From: an uncultured Chloroflexia bacterium
GTDB lineage: Bacteria > Chloroflexota > Limnocylindria > Limnocylindrales > CSP1-4
Assembly (NCBI GenBank): GCA_963736025.1
Contig: CAVTNH010000010.1
Coordinates: 2,322 to 66,321, forward strand
DNA: 64,000 nucleotides
Direction: 5' to 3'
Program-made: the position numbers and the translations under genes
The notes under the pieces: generated by a model
What the model saw: the letters and a program-made list of their open reading frames with translations, nothing else
The model's database searches: none
What the model was told of the DNA's origin: nothing
Shown: piece after piece, positions 1 through 13,421 of the stretch
Layout: every line of letters begins with the position of its first letter
Numbering within the stretch: the stretch's first letter is position 1

Positions 1-1
1 C

Positions 2-130
2 ATCCACTACCGCGACCCCGGGCTCATCCAGGCGGGCACGCTCATGACGATGGTCATCCCGGTCGTCGCGTTCCTGCTCACCCAGAGGTTCTTCACGCGC
101 GGCATCGTCATCACGGGGATCGACAAGTGA
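2..130 (+). CDS. carbohydrate ABC transporter permease, C-terminal fragment (gene starts left of window)
   Basis: The frame reads IHYRDPGLIQAGTLMTMVIPVVAFLLTQRFFTRGIVITGIDK* and ends at TGA 128-130. This is a last TM helix plus tail, typical of MalG/BPD-type sugar permeases. The stop overlaps the GTG of the next gene. Confidence 0.5.
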   Translation: MHYRDPGLIQAGTLMTMVIPVVAFLLTQRFFTRGIVITGIDK

Positions 131-759
131 GCGAGACGCCCTTCCGCGTCGCGCTGACGATCGACACCGAGCACCCGGACCGGCCCACCGACGTCGGCGT
201 CACGGAGCGGCTCATCGAGACGCTTGCGCGCGAGGGGGTCACGGCCACGTTCTTCCTCCAGGGCCGCTGGGCCGAGGCCTACCCGGATGTCGCGCGCTCG
301 ATCGCGACGGCCGGGCACCTCATCGGCAACCACTCCCACTACCATGCGCGGATGCCGCTGCTCAGCGACGAGGGACTGGTCGAGGACATCGCCGACGCGG
401 GCCTGGCCATCGAGGCCGCCACCGGCGTCGATCCGCGGCCGTGGTTCCGCTGCCCGTTCGGGGCCGGGTCGACCGACCCGCGCGTGCAGGCGGCGGTCAC
501 CGCGTCGGGCTACAGGCACGTCGGCTGGCACGTCGGGGTCGAGGACTGGGATCCGGCCCGCGGCGCGGCGGTCATCGAGGAGGATCTCGTCGCGGGCACG
601 CTCGCCCACGGCGACGGGACCGTGATCCTGGTCCACGCGTGGCCGCGCCAGACGCTCGAAGCGCTGCCGCGGACCCTCGGACGGCTGCGCGAGGCCGGTG
701 CGAGCTTCGTCCGGATCGACCGCCTCGACGAGGTCCCGGCCGCACCGAACTGGGCGTGA
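127..759 (+). CDS. polysaccharide deacetylase (NodB homology) family protein
   Basis: 210-aa ORF. It has NodB-type motifs: TIDTEH near the N-terminus, GNHSHYH, and RCPFG. It is coupled to both neighbours by overlapping stop/start codons. Confidence 0.8.
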   Translation: MSETPFRVALTIDTEHPDRPTDVGVTERLIETLAREGVTATFFLQGRWAEAYPDVARSIATAGHLIGNHSHYHARMPLLSDEGLVEDIADAGLAIEAATGVDPRPWFRCPFGAGSTDPRVQAAVTASGYRHVGWHVGVEDWDPARGAAVIEEDLVAGTLAHGDGTVILVHAWPRQTLEALPRTLGRLREAGASFVRIDRLDEVPAAPNWA

Positions 760-1763
760 GCGGGCGCGGCCGCCCGACGGCGGCCGTCCTGGCGGTCGAC
801 GGCGGCAACTCCAAGACGGACGTGGCGCTCCTGGCCCGGGACGGGCGGCTGCTGGCGGCCGTTCGCGGCCCGACGATCTCGCACCAGCAGGTCGGGCTTG
901 CCGCCGGGATGGAAGGGTTCGTCGCGCTCGTCGCGGCCGCGCGGGCGCGGGCCGGACTGGCCGACGGCCCGCCGGCCGATGTCGGGGCCTACACCCTGGC
1001 CGGCGCCGACACGCCGGGCGATGTCCGGCGGCTGACCGCGGCACTCGCGGCGACCGGAGTCGCGCGCGACACGCTGGTCGAGAACGATGCGTTCGCGCCC
1101 GTCCGGGCCGGCTCGGAACGGGGCTGGGGTGTCGGCGTCATCTGCGGCGCGGGGGTCAACGCCGCGGGGATCGCGCCGGACGGCAGACGCGCCCGTCTCG
1201 CGGCGTACGGCGACATCTCGGGCGACTGGGGCGGCGGCCGCGACATCGGCACGGCCGCGCTGGGCGCCGCGGTCCGCGCACGCGACGGCCGGGGCCCGCG
1301 GACGACGCTGGAGGCCATGGTCCCTGGCCACTTCGGTCTCGCCCGTCCGCTCGATGTGACCAACGCGATCGAGTTCGGGCGCCTCGACGTCGACCGGCTG
1401 CGCGAGCTGTCGCCCGTCGTCTTCGCCGCGGCTCGGGATGGCGACGCGGTCGCGCGCTCGATCATCGACCGGATGGCCGACGAGGTCGCGGCGATGGGCC
1501 TCGCGATCGTCCGACGCCTGCGTCTGGCCCGCCTCGACGTCGATGTCGTGCTCGCCGGTGGCGTCTTCCGGGCGCAGGACCCGGTCTTCGAGGCGCGCAT
1601 CGCGAGCCGGATCCACGACGAGGCCCCTCGGGCCACCGTCCACCGGCTCGATGCGCCGCCGGTCCTCGGGGCGGCGCTCCGCGGGTTCGACCATCTGCCC
1701 GGCCTGACCGCATCGCGAGCGGCGGGCGGCGGTCGCGACCGCCCGTGCGACCCTGGTGGCTGA
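756..1763 (+). CDS. BadF/BadG/BcrA/BcrD-type ATPase, N-acetylglucosamine kinase-like
   Basis: An in-frame GTG at 756 overlaps the upstream stop. It carries the ASKHA phosphate-1 motif LAVDGGNSKTD, plus ICGAGVNA and LAGGVF motifs. Confidence 0.75.
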   Translation: MSGRGRPTAAVLAVDGGNSKTDVALLARDGRLLAAVRGPTISHQQVGLAAGMEGFVALVAAARARAGLADGPPADVGAYTLAGADTPGDVRRLTAALAATGVARDTLVENDAFAPVRAGSERGWGVGVICGAGVNAAGIAPDGRRARLAAYGDISGDWGGGRDIGTAALGAAVRARDGRGPRTTLEAMVPGHFGLARPLDVTNAIEFGRLDVDRLRELSPVVFAAARDGDAVARSIIDRMADEVAAMGLAIVRRLRLARLDVDVVLAGGVFRAQDPVFEARIASRIHDEAPRATVHRLDAPPVLGAALRGFDHLPGLTASRAAGGGRDRPCDPGG

Positions 1764-1895
1764 CGCGGTGGTCCCGCTCCGGTAGGTCGGGTGACCGATC
1801 CCACCCGGCCGGCCCATGGCGCGACGAACGTCCCGGCCCGACCCGCGACGCTTGCCCGTGGCGGCTCTCCGGCCGGTCCCGCCATGCTAGGCGGC

Positions 1896-3336
1896 ATGCA
1901 GCCGGCCGCTAGCCCCATCGACGACGGCCTCTGGTCGCCCCAGCGGCGCGCCCTGACCATCGGCCTCGTCCTCACCATCACGCTCGTCGCCTTCGAGGCC
2001 CTCGCGGTCTCGACCGTCATGCCGATCGTCGCGCGCGAGCTCGGCGGGATGGAGCTGTACGGCTGGGTCTTCACCTCGTTCTTCCTCGGCTCGCTGATCG
2101 GCATCGCCGTCGTCGGCGGGCTCATCGACAAGGGCGGCCTCGGCCGGCCCTTCTCGGCGGGGCTCGGGCTCTTCGCGATCGGCCTGCTCGTCGGCGGGCT
2201 GGCGCCGAACATGGAGGTCCTCGTCGCCGCCCGGTTCATCCAGGGCCTCGGCGCCGGCACGATCCCGCCGATCGCGTACGTGGCGATCGGACGGAGCCTG
2301 CCCGACCGGCTGCGGCCGCGGATGTTCGCGACGCTCTCGACGGCCTGGGTGCTGCCCGGCGTGCTCGGGCCGGCCATCGCCGGTGTCGTCGGGGAGGTCC
2401 TCGGCTGGCGCTACGTCTTCCTCGGCCTGCTGCCGCTCATCGCCGCGGCCGGGCTGCTGACGATCCGCGCCCTCGCCGCCGTGCCGCCGACCGACGCCGC
2501 GGAAGCCGCCGAGGCCGCCGCGGCGACCGCCGAGCGACGCCGGCTGCCGAACGCGCTGCTTGTGGCGGCGGGTGCCGGGCTCATCACGGTCGGGCTGACG
2601 ACGGGCGACCCGCTCCCGACGATCGGACTCGCCGCACTGGGCCTGCTCCTCGGCGATCCCGGCCATCCGCCGCCTGACGCCCGAGGGGACGCTCACCGCC
2701 CGGCCCATCCTGCCCGCGGCCGTGTTGCTGCGTGGCGTGATGACGTTCATGTTCTTCGGGGTCGACGCCTACGTGTCGCTGACGCTCGAGGAGTACCGCG
2801 GGCTGTCGGCGATCGTGGCGGGCATCGTGCTGACCGCGGCGACGGTGTCGTGGACCGCGGGGTCGTGGATCCAGGCACGCAACGCCGAGCGGTGGCCGAC
2901 CGCGCGCTTCGTGCAGGCCGGGTTCCTCGTGGCGGTCATCGGGCTGGCCACGTTCTCGCTGATCCTCGTCCCCGACGTCCCGGTCGCCTGGGCCGTGCCG
3001 ACCTTCGCGGTGGCCGGCCTCGGGATGGGTCTCGGCTACGCGCCGCTCTCGCTCATCGTCCTGCGCGAGGCGCCGCCGGGCACCCAGGGCACGGCATCGA
3101 GCGCCCTCAGCCTCTCGGACACCCTCGGGACCGCGATGGGCACCGGCGTCTCGGGCGCCATCATCGCCGCGAGCCTGCGGGCCACCGGGGGCAGCCAGAC
3201 AGGCCTCGCGACCGCCTTCGGGGTGGCCATCGCGGTCGGCATCGGCGGCTTCTTCCTGACCCGACGCCTCCGCCGGACGGTCCGCGTCGCACGCCCGGCG
3301 GCCATCGCCGCGTCGGCGAGCCCGACGCTGGACTGA
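1896..3336 (+). pseudogene. MFS transporter, frame broken by one +1 shift near 2655 (possible assembly indel)
   Basis: The N-terminal half (TM-rich, in ORF 1791..3692) continues seamlessly in ORF 2722..3336 as ...GLLLG/IPAIRRLTPEGTLTARPILPAAVLLRGVMTF.... Together they give about 12 TM segments. Confidence 0.75.
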
Positions 3337-3356
3337 CGACCGTCGGCGCGACCGAC

Positions 3357-4154
3357 TCAGGCCGGTCGGCGCCCGACGACGGTCGTGACCTCGTCGTCAG
3401 CGCGCATCGGGTTCCGCGTGAATCCCGAGTACCACGTGACGTCGACGAGGCCCGCCGCGGCGTAGAGGTCGGTGATCGCGGCGAGCGGACCAGGCGCGGG
3501 TCGCCGGCGAGCGCACCTTCCGCTCGGTCCGGACGACCGCGCCGTCGCGGAGGACGTCCCAGCGCTCGTCGGTGTCCTCGAATCCGGAGGCCGGATCGAA
3601 GGTGGCCCGCGAGGTCCGCCGGACGAGCGTCCCGTCGGCGAGGGACGCCTCGGTCGTCCAGCGCTCGTCGTAGGCCTGCTCGAGCCGGATGAACGGCATC
3701 GCCAGCGTGCCGCCGGGCCGAGGTGGCGACGAAGCGTCCCAACGGCGGCGACGGCGTCGGGTTCATCGAGCAGGAGCTGGAACGAGCTCGATGGCACGAT
3801 GATCGTCGCGTAGGCGCGAGGCAGCGCGAACGACTGCATCGCGCCCTCGTGGATCGCGACCCGTGACGTCGAGGCCGGCGGCCGCGGCTTTCGTCGTGCA
3901 GGATGGCGAGCATGTCGGGCGAGATCTCGAGGCCGTCGATGTCGATGCCGAGGGCGAGGAAGTCGAGCAGCAGGCGCCCCGGTGCCGCAGCCGACGTCGA
4001 GGACGGGCTCCCCGCGCTCCCGGATGAGGTCCAGGAAGAAGGCGCGGTCCTCCCAGTCCGAGGTGTCGCCGCGCAGGGCGTCCCATGCTTCGGCCATCAG
4101 GCCCGTGTACTCGAGGTCGTCCATGGTCGGCGCGATCGTACGGCGCGCCGTCAT
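3357..4154 (-). pseudogene. class I SAM-dependent methyltransferase, about five frame changes
   Basis: The VLDVGCGTG motif I is followed by RLLLDFLALGIDIDGLEISPDMLAILHDE in another frame. The protein then reads RVAIHEGAMQSF...SSFQLLLD, then MPFIRLEQAYDERW...RTERKV (ORF 3397..3699), then PLAAITDLYAAAGLVDVTWYSGF back in the first frame. Confidence 0.65.
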
Positions 4155-4224
4155 CGCGATCCCGCCCGATCGGAGATGCCTGCCCGGGCCGCGCGTCGTC
4201 GGTGGACGGTCCATCGCGCTGCGG

Positions 4225-4230
4225 TAGACT
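4225..4230 (+). promoter_or_regulatory. candidate -10 box TAGACT upstream of apt
   Basis: TANNNT hexamer about 45 nt upstream of the apt ATG, in the divergent intergenic region. Confidence 0.3.
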
Positions 4231-4276
4231 TCGAGCCGGCCTGCGCCCGCCCCACCCGGCGCCCGCCGCCCATGCG

Positions 4277-4816
4277 ATGGAGGCCCCGATACCGATGTCC
4301 GCCGAGGAGCTCCGCGCGAAGATCCGCGAGATCCCCGACTTCCCCAAGCCCGGGATCCTCTTCTACGACATCACGACGCTCCTGAAGGACCGGGTCGCCT
4401 ACAAGGAAGCCATCGACCTGATGTGCGAGCCCTACAAGGACGAGCGCATCGACATCGTCGTCGGGATGGAATCGCGGGGCTTCATCTTCAGCGCACCGCT
4501 CGCCTACCTGCTCGGTGCCGGCCTTGTGCCGGTCCGGAAGCTGGGCAAGCTGCCGGCCGAGACGATCACCGTCGAGTACGCCCTCGAATACGGCTCGAAC
4601 ACCCTCGAGATCCATCGCGACGCGATCGAGCCGGGTCAGCGCGTCCTCATCGTCGACGACCTGCTCGCGACGGGCGGCACGGTCAAGGGCACGATCGAGC
4701 TGATCGAGCGCCTGCGCGGCGAGGTGGCCGGGCTGGCCTTCCTGGTCGAACTCGAGTTCCTCAAGGGCCGGGATCGACTCGATGGACGCATGGTCACCAG
4801 CGTCATCAAGTACTAG
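4277..4816 (+). CDS. apt: adenine phosphoribosyltransferase
   Basis: [15 protein letters not shown], the GMESRGFIF motif, and the PRPP loop [13 protein letters not shown]. An alternative ATG lies at 4295. Confidence 0.9.
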   Translation: MEAPIPMSAEELRAKIREIPDFPKPGILFYDITTLLKDRVAYKEAIDLMCEPYKDERIDIVVGMESRGFIFSAPLAYLLGAGLVPVRKLGKLPAETITVEYALEYGSNTLEIHRDAIEPGQRVLIVDDLLATGGTVKGTIELIERLRGEVAGLAFLVELEFLKGRDRLDGRMVTSVIKY

Positions 4817-4842
4817 CCGGACGCGGGCGGAGCAGGAGATCG

Positions 4843-6254
<1,412 letters not shown>

Positions 6255-6255
<1 letters not shown>

Positions 6256-7121
6256 TGGCCACGGTCGCGCTCGGTCGCCGGGAGGACATGGTCGCTCGCA
6301 CGACCACGGACAGGGCACTCCTGCGCGATTTCCTCGCGCACGATCGGCTCTACGCCGCGTACGCCCTGTGCGACCTCGAGGAGCGCGAGTTCGGCCGGAC
6401 GCGCTGGGGCGTCGCGATGCGCGACGACGCCGTCATCAGCCTGGTCCTCGAGTACAACGGCCCGACGCCGCAGCCGCTGTTCGTCATGGGCCGCACCGAC
6501 GGCATCACGACGATCCTGCGCGACGTCATCCGGCCGCGAGCCGCGTACGTCGCCATGCGCCCCGAGATGATGCCCGCGGTCGAGGCCCACTACCGGGTGG
6601 ACCCGGGGCCCGCCATGGTCCGGATGTGGGTGGACCGGGCGCACTTCCGCCCGTATCCGGCCACCGTCCAGCGGATCCTGCCCGTCGAGATCAGCGACCT
6701 CAACCGCCTGTACCAGCTGGGATTCGCCTCGTGGCTGCCGTCGAGCACGGTGGCCGAGGGCGTGTACTACGGCGTCCGCGTGAACGGCCTGCTGGTCTCG
6801 GCGGCCGGCACCCACGTCGTCAGTCCCACGGCCCGCCTGGCGGTCATCGGCAACGTCCTGACCCACATGGACTATCGTGGGCGCGGCTTCGCGACCGCCG
6901 TGACCGGCGCCGTGACCGCCGACCTGCTGCGCACCTGCGATCAGGTCGTGCTCAACGTCCGCGCCGACAACCCGCCCGCGCTCAACGCCTACCGACGGCT
7001 GGGGTTCACCGAGTACATCCGGTTCGAGGAACGCCTCATCCATCGCCTGGGCTCGCCCTGGTCCGATCTCGCGGCGCCGCTGCGCCGTCTCTTCAACCGC
7101 AAGGAGACCGACACCCGATGA
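6255..7121 (+). CDS. GNAT family N-acetyltransferase (FR47-like C-terminal domain)
   Basis: The ATG overlaps the mtnA stop (TGATG). The acetyl-CoA motif is [13 protein letters not shown], followed by [19 protein letters not shown]. Confidence 0.7.
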
Positions 7122-8395
7122 CCCCAACGACCACGCTTCCCGCCCACGATGTGACCGACCTCGGCCTCGCCGCAGAAGGCGTCCGGAGGATCGAGTGGGC
7201 CGAGCGCGAGATGCCCGTCCTGCGCCTCATCCGCGAACGCTTCGAGCGCGATCGGCCACTCGACGGGCTGCGGATCGGGGCGTGCCTGCACGTCACGACC
7301 GAGACGGCGAACCTGATGCGCACGCTCAAGGCCGGCGGCGCGGACGTCGTCCTGGCCGCCTCCAACCCGCTGTCCACCAAGGACGACGTCGCGGCAGCGC
7401 TGGTCGCCGAGTACGGGATCGCCGTCCACGCCCGACGCGGCGAGGACCGCGACACCTACTACGCGCATCTCGAATCGGTCGCCGACACCCACCCGCAGCT
7501 GACGATGGACGACGGCTGCGACCTCGTGTCGCTGCTCCACAGCACGCGCCCGGCGCAGATCGCCGAGGTCCTCGCCGGGACCGAGGAGACGACCACGGGT
7601 GTCATCCGCCTCCGGGCGATGGCCGCCGAGAACGCACTCGGGTTCCCCGTCATCGCCGTCAACGAGGCCCAGACCAAGCACCTCTTCGACAACCGCTACG
7701 GCACGGGCCAGAGCACGCTCGACGGCATCCTGCGCGCGACGAACATCCTGATCGCGGGACGCAAGGTCGTCGTCGCCGGGTACGGCTGGGTCGGCAAGGG
7801 CATCGCGTCGCGGATGGCGGGTCACGGCGCCCACGTCGCCGTGGTCGAGGTCGATCCGGTCCGGGCGCTCGAGGCGCTGATGGACGGCTACGCGGTGATG
7901 ACCCACCTGGACGCGGCCCGCTGGGGCCAGCTGTTCGTGACGGCCACCGGCAACCTGAACGTCTTCCGCCGCGAGCACTTCGAGGCGATGAGCGACGGCG
8001 CGATCATGGCCAACTCGGGCCACTTCGACGCGGAGCTCGACCTCGCGGCGCTGCGGGACATGGCCGAGGGCCACGTCCGTGACGTCCGCGAGAACGTCCA
8101 GGAGTTCGACATCGGCGGCAAGAAGCTCAACCTCATCGCCGAGGGCCGGCTCGTGAACCTGGGCGCCGCCGAGGGCCACCCGGCGGCGGTCATGGACATG
8201 AGCTTCGCCAACCAGGCGCTTTCGGCCGAGTACGTCGCGCGTCACCACGCCGAGCTCGAGCCGCGGGTCTACGTCGTGCCCGAGGCGATCGACGCCGAGG
8301 TCGCCCGGCTGAAGCTCGCCGCGCTCGGGATCGAACTCGAGCCGATGACCGCGGAGCAGGCCGAGTACGTGGCTTCGTGGCAGCACGGCACCTGA
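7118..8395 (+). CDS. ahcY: adenosylhomocysteinase
   Basis: ATGA overlap with the upstream gene. Motifs include [22 protein letters not shown], the NAD fold [10 protein letters not shown], and SGHFDAELD. Full length, about 425 aa. Confidence 0.95.
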   Translation: MTPTTTLPAHDVTDLGLAAEGVRRIEWAEREMPVLRLIRERFERDRPLDGLRIGACLHVTTETANLMRTLKAGGADVVLAASNPLSTKDDVAAALVAEYGIAVHARRGEDRDTYYAHLESVADTHPQLTMDDGCDLVSLLHSTRPAQIAEVLAGTEETTTGVIRLRAMAAENALGFPVIAVNEAQTKHLFDNRYGTGQSTLDGILRATNILIAGRKVVVAGYGWVGKGIASRMAGHGAHVAVVEVDPVRALEALMDGYAVMTHLDAARWGQLFVTATGNLNVFRREHFEAMSDGAIMANSGHFDAELDLAALRDMAEGHVRDVRENVQEFDIGGKKLNLIAEGRLVNLGAAEGHPAAVMDMSFANQALSAEYVARHHAELEPRVYVVPEAIDAEVARLKLAALGIELEPMTAEQAEYVASWQHGT

Positions 8396-8424
8396 GCGCG
8401 ATGCCGCGTCGGCTCGCGACGCGC

Positions 8425-8430
8425 TAGGGT
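8425..8430 (+). promoter_or_regulatory. candidate -10 box TAGGGT (leaderless-type) for the S9 peptidase gene
   Basis: TANNNT lies 4 nt before GTG 8435 and 7 nt before ATG 8438. Confidence 0.35.
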
Positions 8431-8434
8431 TCCC

Positions 8435-10468
8435 GTGATGGAGGACGCGCACGACCCGACCCTGACGGACGGCGCCCCGGTGGGCGCCGACGAGCCGCCC
8501 CCGGGCCCGACCGTCGCCCCCTTCGGCAGCTGGTCGTCGCCGATCCGCGTGGACGACCTCGTCGCCGACGTCGTCCGGCTGGCCGAGCCGTGGGTCGACG
8601 GCGACGACGTCTACTGGATCGAGGGCAGGCCCGCCGAGGCCGGCCGCCGGGTGCTCGTCCGGGCGTCGCGCGACGGCACGACCGTCGACCTGACCCAGGC
8701 GCCCTTCAACGTCCGGACGCACGTCCACGAGTACGGCGGCGGCTCCTACGTCGTGGCCGGCGGGACCATCGTCTTCTCGCATTTCGTCGACGGCCGGCTC
8801 TATCGGCTCGACCCCGGCGACGAGACGCCGGTCGCCATCACCCCCGAAGGTCCGTGGCACTACGCCGATCTGCGCTTCGATCCCGGGCGTCGCCGGTTCT
8901 ACGCGGTCCGCGAGGACCACGGCGCGGAGGTCGAGCCCCAGGCCGCCATCGTCGCGATCGACCTCGACGGCACGCACGAGCCAGTGGTCCTCGCCGACGG
9001 CCCGGACTTCGTGGCCTCGCCGCGCCTCTCGCCGGACGGCACGACCCTTGCCTGGCTCGAATGGGACCACCCCGACATGCCATGGGACGCGACGCGGCTC
9101 CGCACGGCCCCGATCGCCGAGGACGGGACGCTCGGCCCGTCCGACCTCGCCGCCGGCGGCCCGGAGGAATCCATCGTCCAGCCCGAATGGTCGCCCGATG
9201 GCGTGCTGCACCTCATCAGTGACCGGACCGGCTGGTGGAACCTGTATCGGCGGGTCGAAGGCCCGCGGCTGGAGCCACTGGCCGCGATGGAGGCCGAGTT
9301 CGCCGACCCCGCCTGGGTCTTCGACCGCTCGAGCTACGGGTTCCTGCCCGACGGCTCGATCGTGGCGATCGCCCGGTCGGAGGGTCGCGACAGGATCGTC
9401 CACGTCCAGCCCGGGCGACTGCTCGGCGAGGTCGACTCGGCATTCACCGAACTCGACGGCCTGCGGGTCGGTGCCGACAAGGTCGTCGCGCTGGCCGGTT
9501 CGCCGTCCGAGGACACGATGGTCGTCGTGTTCGATCCGACGACACTCGCCCCGTCCGGCGTCCTGCGACGGTCGATGTCGTTCAATGTCGATCCGGGCGC
9601 CATCTCGATCCCGGAGCCGATCGACTTCACCTCGACGGACGGGCGCATCGCGCACGCGCTCTTCTATGCGCCGGCGAACGCGGCCTTCGCCGGCCCCGAA
9701 GGCGAGCTTCCCCCGCTCGTCGTGCGATCGCACGGCGGCCCGACGGCCAATGCCTCGAGCGCCCTCGACCTGGGGATCCAGCTGCTGACCAGCCGTGGCA
9801 TCGCCGTGGTCGATGTCGACTACGGCGGGAGCACCGGCTACGGCCGCGCCTACCGCAAGGCGCTCGACGGGGAGTGGGGCGTCGTCGACGTCGACGACTG
9901 CATCGCCGCGGCGCGGTTCCTCGTCGCGCGTGGTGACGTCGACCCCGAGCGCCTCGCCATCGAAGGCGGCAGCGCCGGCGGCTATACGACGCTCGCTGCG
10001 CTGGCGTTCCGGGACGTGTTCGCGGCCGGCATCAGCTGGTTCGGCGTCGGCGACCTCGAGAGCCTCTCCGCGGACTCGCACAAGTTCGAGTCCCGCTACA
10101 ACGACAGTCTGGTCGGGCCGTATCCGGAGGCGATCGAGCTCTATCGCGAGCGCTCGCCTGTCCACTTCCTCGACCGGATCTCCTGCCCGGTGCTGGTCCT
10201 CCAGGGCCTCGACGACAAGGTCGTGCCGCCCAACCAGGCCGAGGCGATCGTGGCGGCTCTCCAGGCCAACGGCATCCCGCACGCCTACCTCGCCTTCGAG
10301 GGAGAGGGCCACGGGTTCCGGGGCGCGACGGCGATCCGGGCGTCGCTGGAGGCGGAGCTCTCGTTCCTCGGCGCCGTCTTCGGCTTCACGCCGGCGGGCG
10401 GGCTCGAGCCACTGGCGCTCGACGGTCTCGCCGCATGGCGCGACCGTCCGGCCGTGCCCGCCTCCTGA
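8435..10468 (+). CDS. S9 family serine peptidase (prolyl oligopeptidase / acylaminoacyl-peptidase type)
   Basis: N-terminal beta-propeller-like region, followed by an alpha/beta hydrolase domain with the nucleophile motif IEGGSAGGYTT. A late GEGHGF motif supplies the His. The start may be ATG 8438. Confidence 0.85.
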   Translation: MMEDAHDPTLTDGAPVGADEPPPGPTVAPFGSWSSPIRVDDLVADVVRLAEPWVDGDDVYWIEGRPAEAGRRVLVRASRDGTTVDLTQAPFNVRTHVHEYGGGSYVVAGGTIVFSHFVDGRLYRLDPGDETPVAITPEGPWHYADLRFDPGRRRFYAVREDHGAEVEPQAAIVAIDLDGTHEPVVLADGPDFVASPRLSPDGTTLAWLEWDHPDMPWDATRLRTAPIAEDGTLGPSDLAAGGPEESIVQPEWSPDGVLHLISDRTGWWNLYRRVEGPRLEPLAAMEAEFADPAWVFDRSSYGFLPDGSIVAIARSEGRDRIVHVQPGRLLGEVDSAFTELDGLRVGADKVVALAGSPSEDTMVVVFDPTTLAPSGVLRRSMSFNVDPGAISIPEPIDFTSTDGRIAHALFYAPANAAFAGPEGELPPLVVRSHGGPTANASSALDLGIQLLTSRGIAVVDVDYGGSTGYGRAYRKALDGEWGVVDVDDCIAAARFLVARGDVDPERLAIEGGSAGGYTTLAALAFRDVFAAGISWFGVGDLESLSADSHKFESRYNDSLVGPYPEAIELYRERSPVHFLDRISCPVLVLQGLDDKVVPPNQAEAIVAALQANGIPHAYLAFEGEGHGFRGATAIRASLEAELSFLGAVFGFTPAGGLEPLALDGLAAWRDRPAVPAS

Positions 10469-10509
10469 CCGCCTGACGGTCCGCCCCGCCAGCCTCGACC
10501 GACCGACCC

Positions 10510-12099
10510 ATGGAACGCCTCGGCCCGATCGAACTCGTCATGCTCCTGCTGGTCGTCGCGACCGCCCTGGCCTACGTCGCGCGACGGATCGGCGTCGCCT
10601 ACCCGATCCTCCTGGTCCTTGGCGGCCTGGTCCTCGGCGGCCTCGGCTACCTCGTGGCCCCGGACGTCCTCACCCAGGTCCAGCTGGATCCCGATCTCGT
10701 CTTCCTGCTGTTCCTGCCGCCGATCCTGTTCGGCTCGGGCTTCCTGACGCCGATCCGCGACCTGAAGGCCAACGCGCGGGCCATCGGCCTGCTCGCGATC
10801 GGCCTGGTCCTGTTCACGACGGTCGTCGTCGGTGTCGTGGTCAAGTGGCTGATCCCGGAGATGCCGGTCGCCGCGGCGTTCACGCTCGGGGCCATCGTCG
10901 CGCCGCCGGACGCGGTGGCCGCCACGGCCGTCCTGCGCCGGCTCGGCGTGCCGCCGCGCGTCGTCACGATCCTCGAGGGCGAGAGCCTGATCAACGACGC
11001 CTCGGCACTGATCGCCTACCGGGTCGCGATCGTGGCGGCGACCACGGGGCTGTTCTCGCTCGTCGACGCGGGCATGTCGTTCGTCGTCGTCGGCCTCGGC
11101 GGGATCGCGGTCGGCGTCGTCGTCGGCTGGCTCGTCACCAGCGCCTGGCGGCGCACGAGCGACGCGACCTTCGAGATCGTCCTGTCGCTGCTGGCGCCGC
11201 TGACCGCGTACCTGTCCGCGGAGCTGCTGGGGGTGAGCGGGGTCCTCGCCACGGTCACCGCCGGGCTGATCGCCGGACGGAAGGCGGCCCGCGTCCTGTC
11301 GCCCAACGGCCGCCTCATGGGGCAGGGCGTCTGGTCGGTGCTGAGCTTCCTCATCAACAGCTTCGTGTTCATGCTCATCGGGCTGCAGCTGCCGCGGGTC
11401 CTGGAGGGACTGTCGGACAGGTCGGCGCAGGAGCTGGTCCTGCTCGGCGCGGCGCGTGAGCCTGGTCGTGATCGTGGCCCGCATCGTGTGGGTCTTCCCC
11501 GGGACGTACGTGCCGCGCATGCTCAGCGCGAAGATCCGGGAGCGCGAGCCCGCGCCGCCGCCCCAGAGCGTCGTTCGTCGTCGCCTGGGCCGGGATGCGC
11601 GGCGCCGTGTCCCTTGCGGCCGCCCTTGCCCTGCCGCTGGACTTCCCGCGATCGCGACCTCATCACGTATCTGGCGATCTGCGTCATCGTGGCGACGCTC
11701 GTCGGCCAGGGCCTGACGCTGCCGTGGGTCATCCGGCGCCTCGGCGTCGTCGCCGGATCGTCGCTCGACCGCGAGGAGGTCATCGCGCGCCAGGCGGCCG
11801 TCTCGGCCGCGCTCGCCCGCCTCGACACGCTCGCCGACGAGTTCGGCGACCACATCGAGCTGGTCGACCAGCTCCGCGCCCGGTTCGCGCACGAGGCGGA
11901 CCACGCCCTGCCCGGTCCCGACGACGAGCCGGACGCCGCCATGCAGGAGCAGCTCGACCACCAGGCCATCCGGCTGGCGGTCGTGGCGGCCCAGCGCGAG
12001 GCCATCATCCAGCTGCGCGACGACGCGTTGATCGGCGACGAGGCGTTGCGTCGCGTGGAGCGGGACCTCGACCTGGAGGCGGTCCGCTCGGGCGTCTGA
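10510..12099 (+). pseudogene. Na+/H+ antiporter (CPA1, NhaP type), three frame changes between ~11450 and ~11655
   Basis: TM-rich N-terminus with the ESLINDA motif. The segment [24 protein letters not shown] (ORF 11456..) and then [25 protein letters not shown] (ORF 11595..) lie in the two other frames. The original frame resumes at [13 protein letters not shown]. Confidence 0.8.
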
Positions 12100-12136
12100 A
12101 GCGACCCATCCGCGGTGCTCGGGGCGGGAGCCGTGC

Positions 12137-12142
12137 TACGCT
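12137..12142 (+). promoter_or_regulatory. candidate -10 box (TGcTACGCT) upstream of metK
   Basis: Extended -10-like TGCTACGCT. The same 12-mer GTGCTACGCTCC occurs upstream of the B12 riboswitch at 26868-26879. GGAGG at 12166-12170 precedes the ATG. Confidence 0.35.
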
Positions 12143-12182
12143 CCCCCGAGCCCACGAGACGTTTTGGAGGCGCCACCCTGGC

Positions 12183-13412
<1,230 letters not shown>

Positions 13413-13421
13413 CCGTCTCGC

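Noticed and set aside
6989-10312. 1107-aa ORF on the minus strand
   Set aside because: It lies antisense to ahcY and the S9 peptidase, both of which have strong conserved motifs. The translation is an Arg/Asp/Gly/Pro-rich low-complexity string. Such long open antisense frames are expected at about 70% G+C.
12100-12182. Possible SAM riboswitch or terminator upstream of metK
   Set aside because: The 83-nt spacer holds only one bulged hairpin (12117-12151). That hairpin overlaps a TGcTACGCT -10-like box, and the UUUU run is 10 nt away. I could not match the sequence to SAM-I, SAM-IV, SAM-VI or SAM/SAH consensus features by eye, and it is too short for SAM-I or SAM-IV. A cmsearch scan would settle the question.
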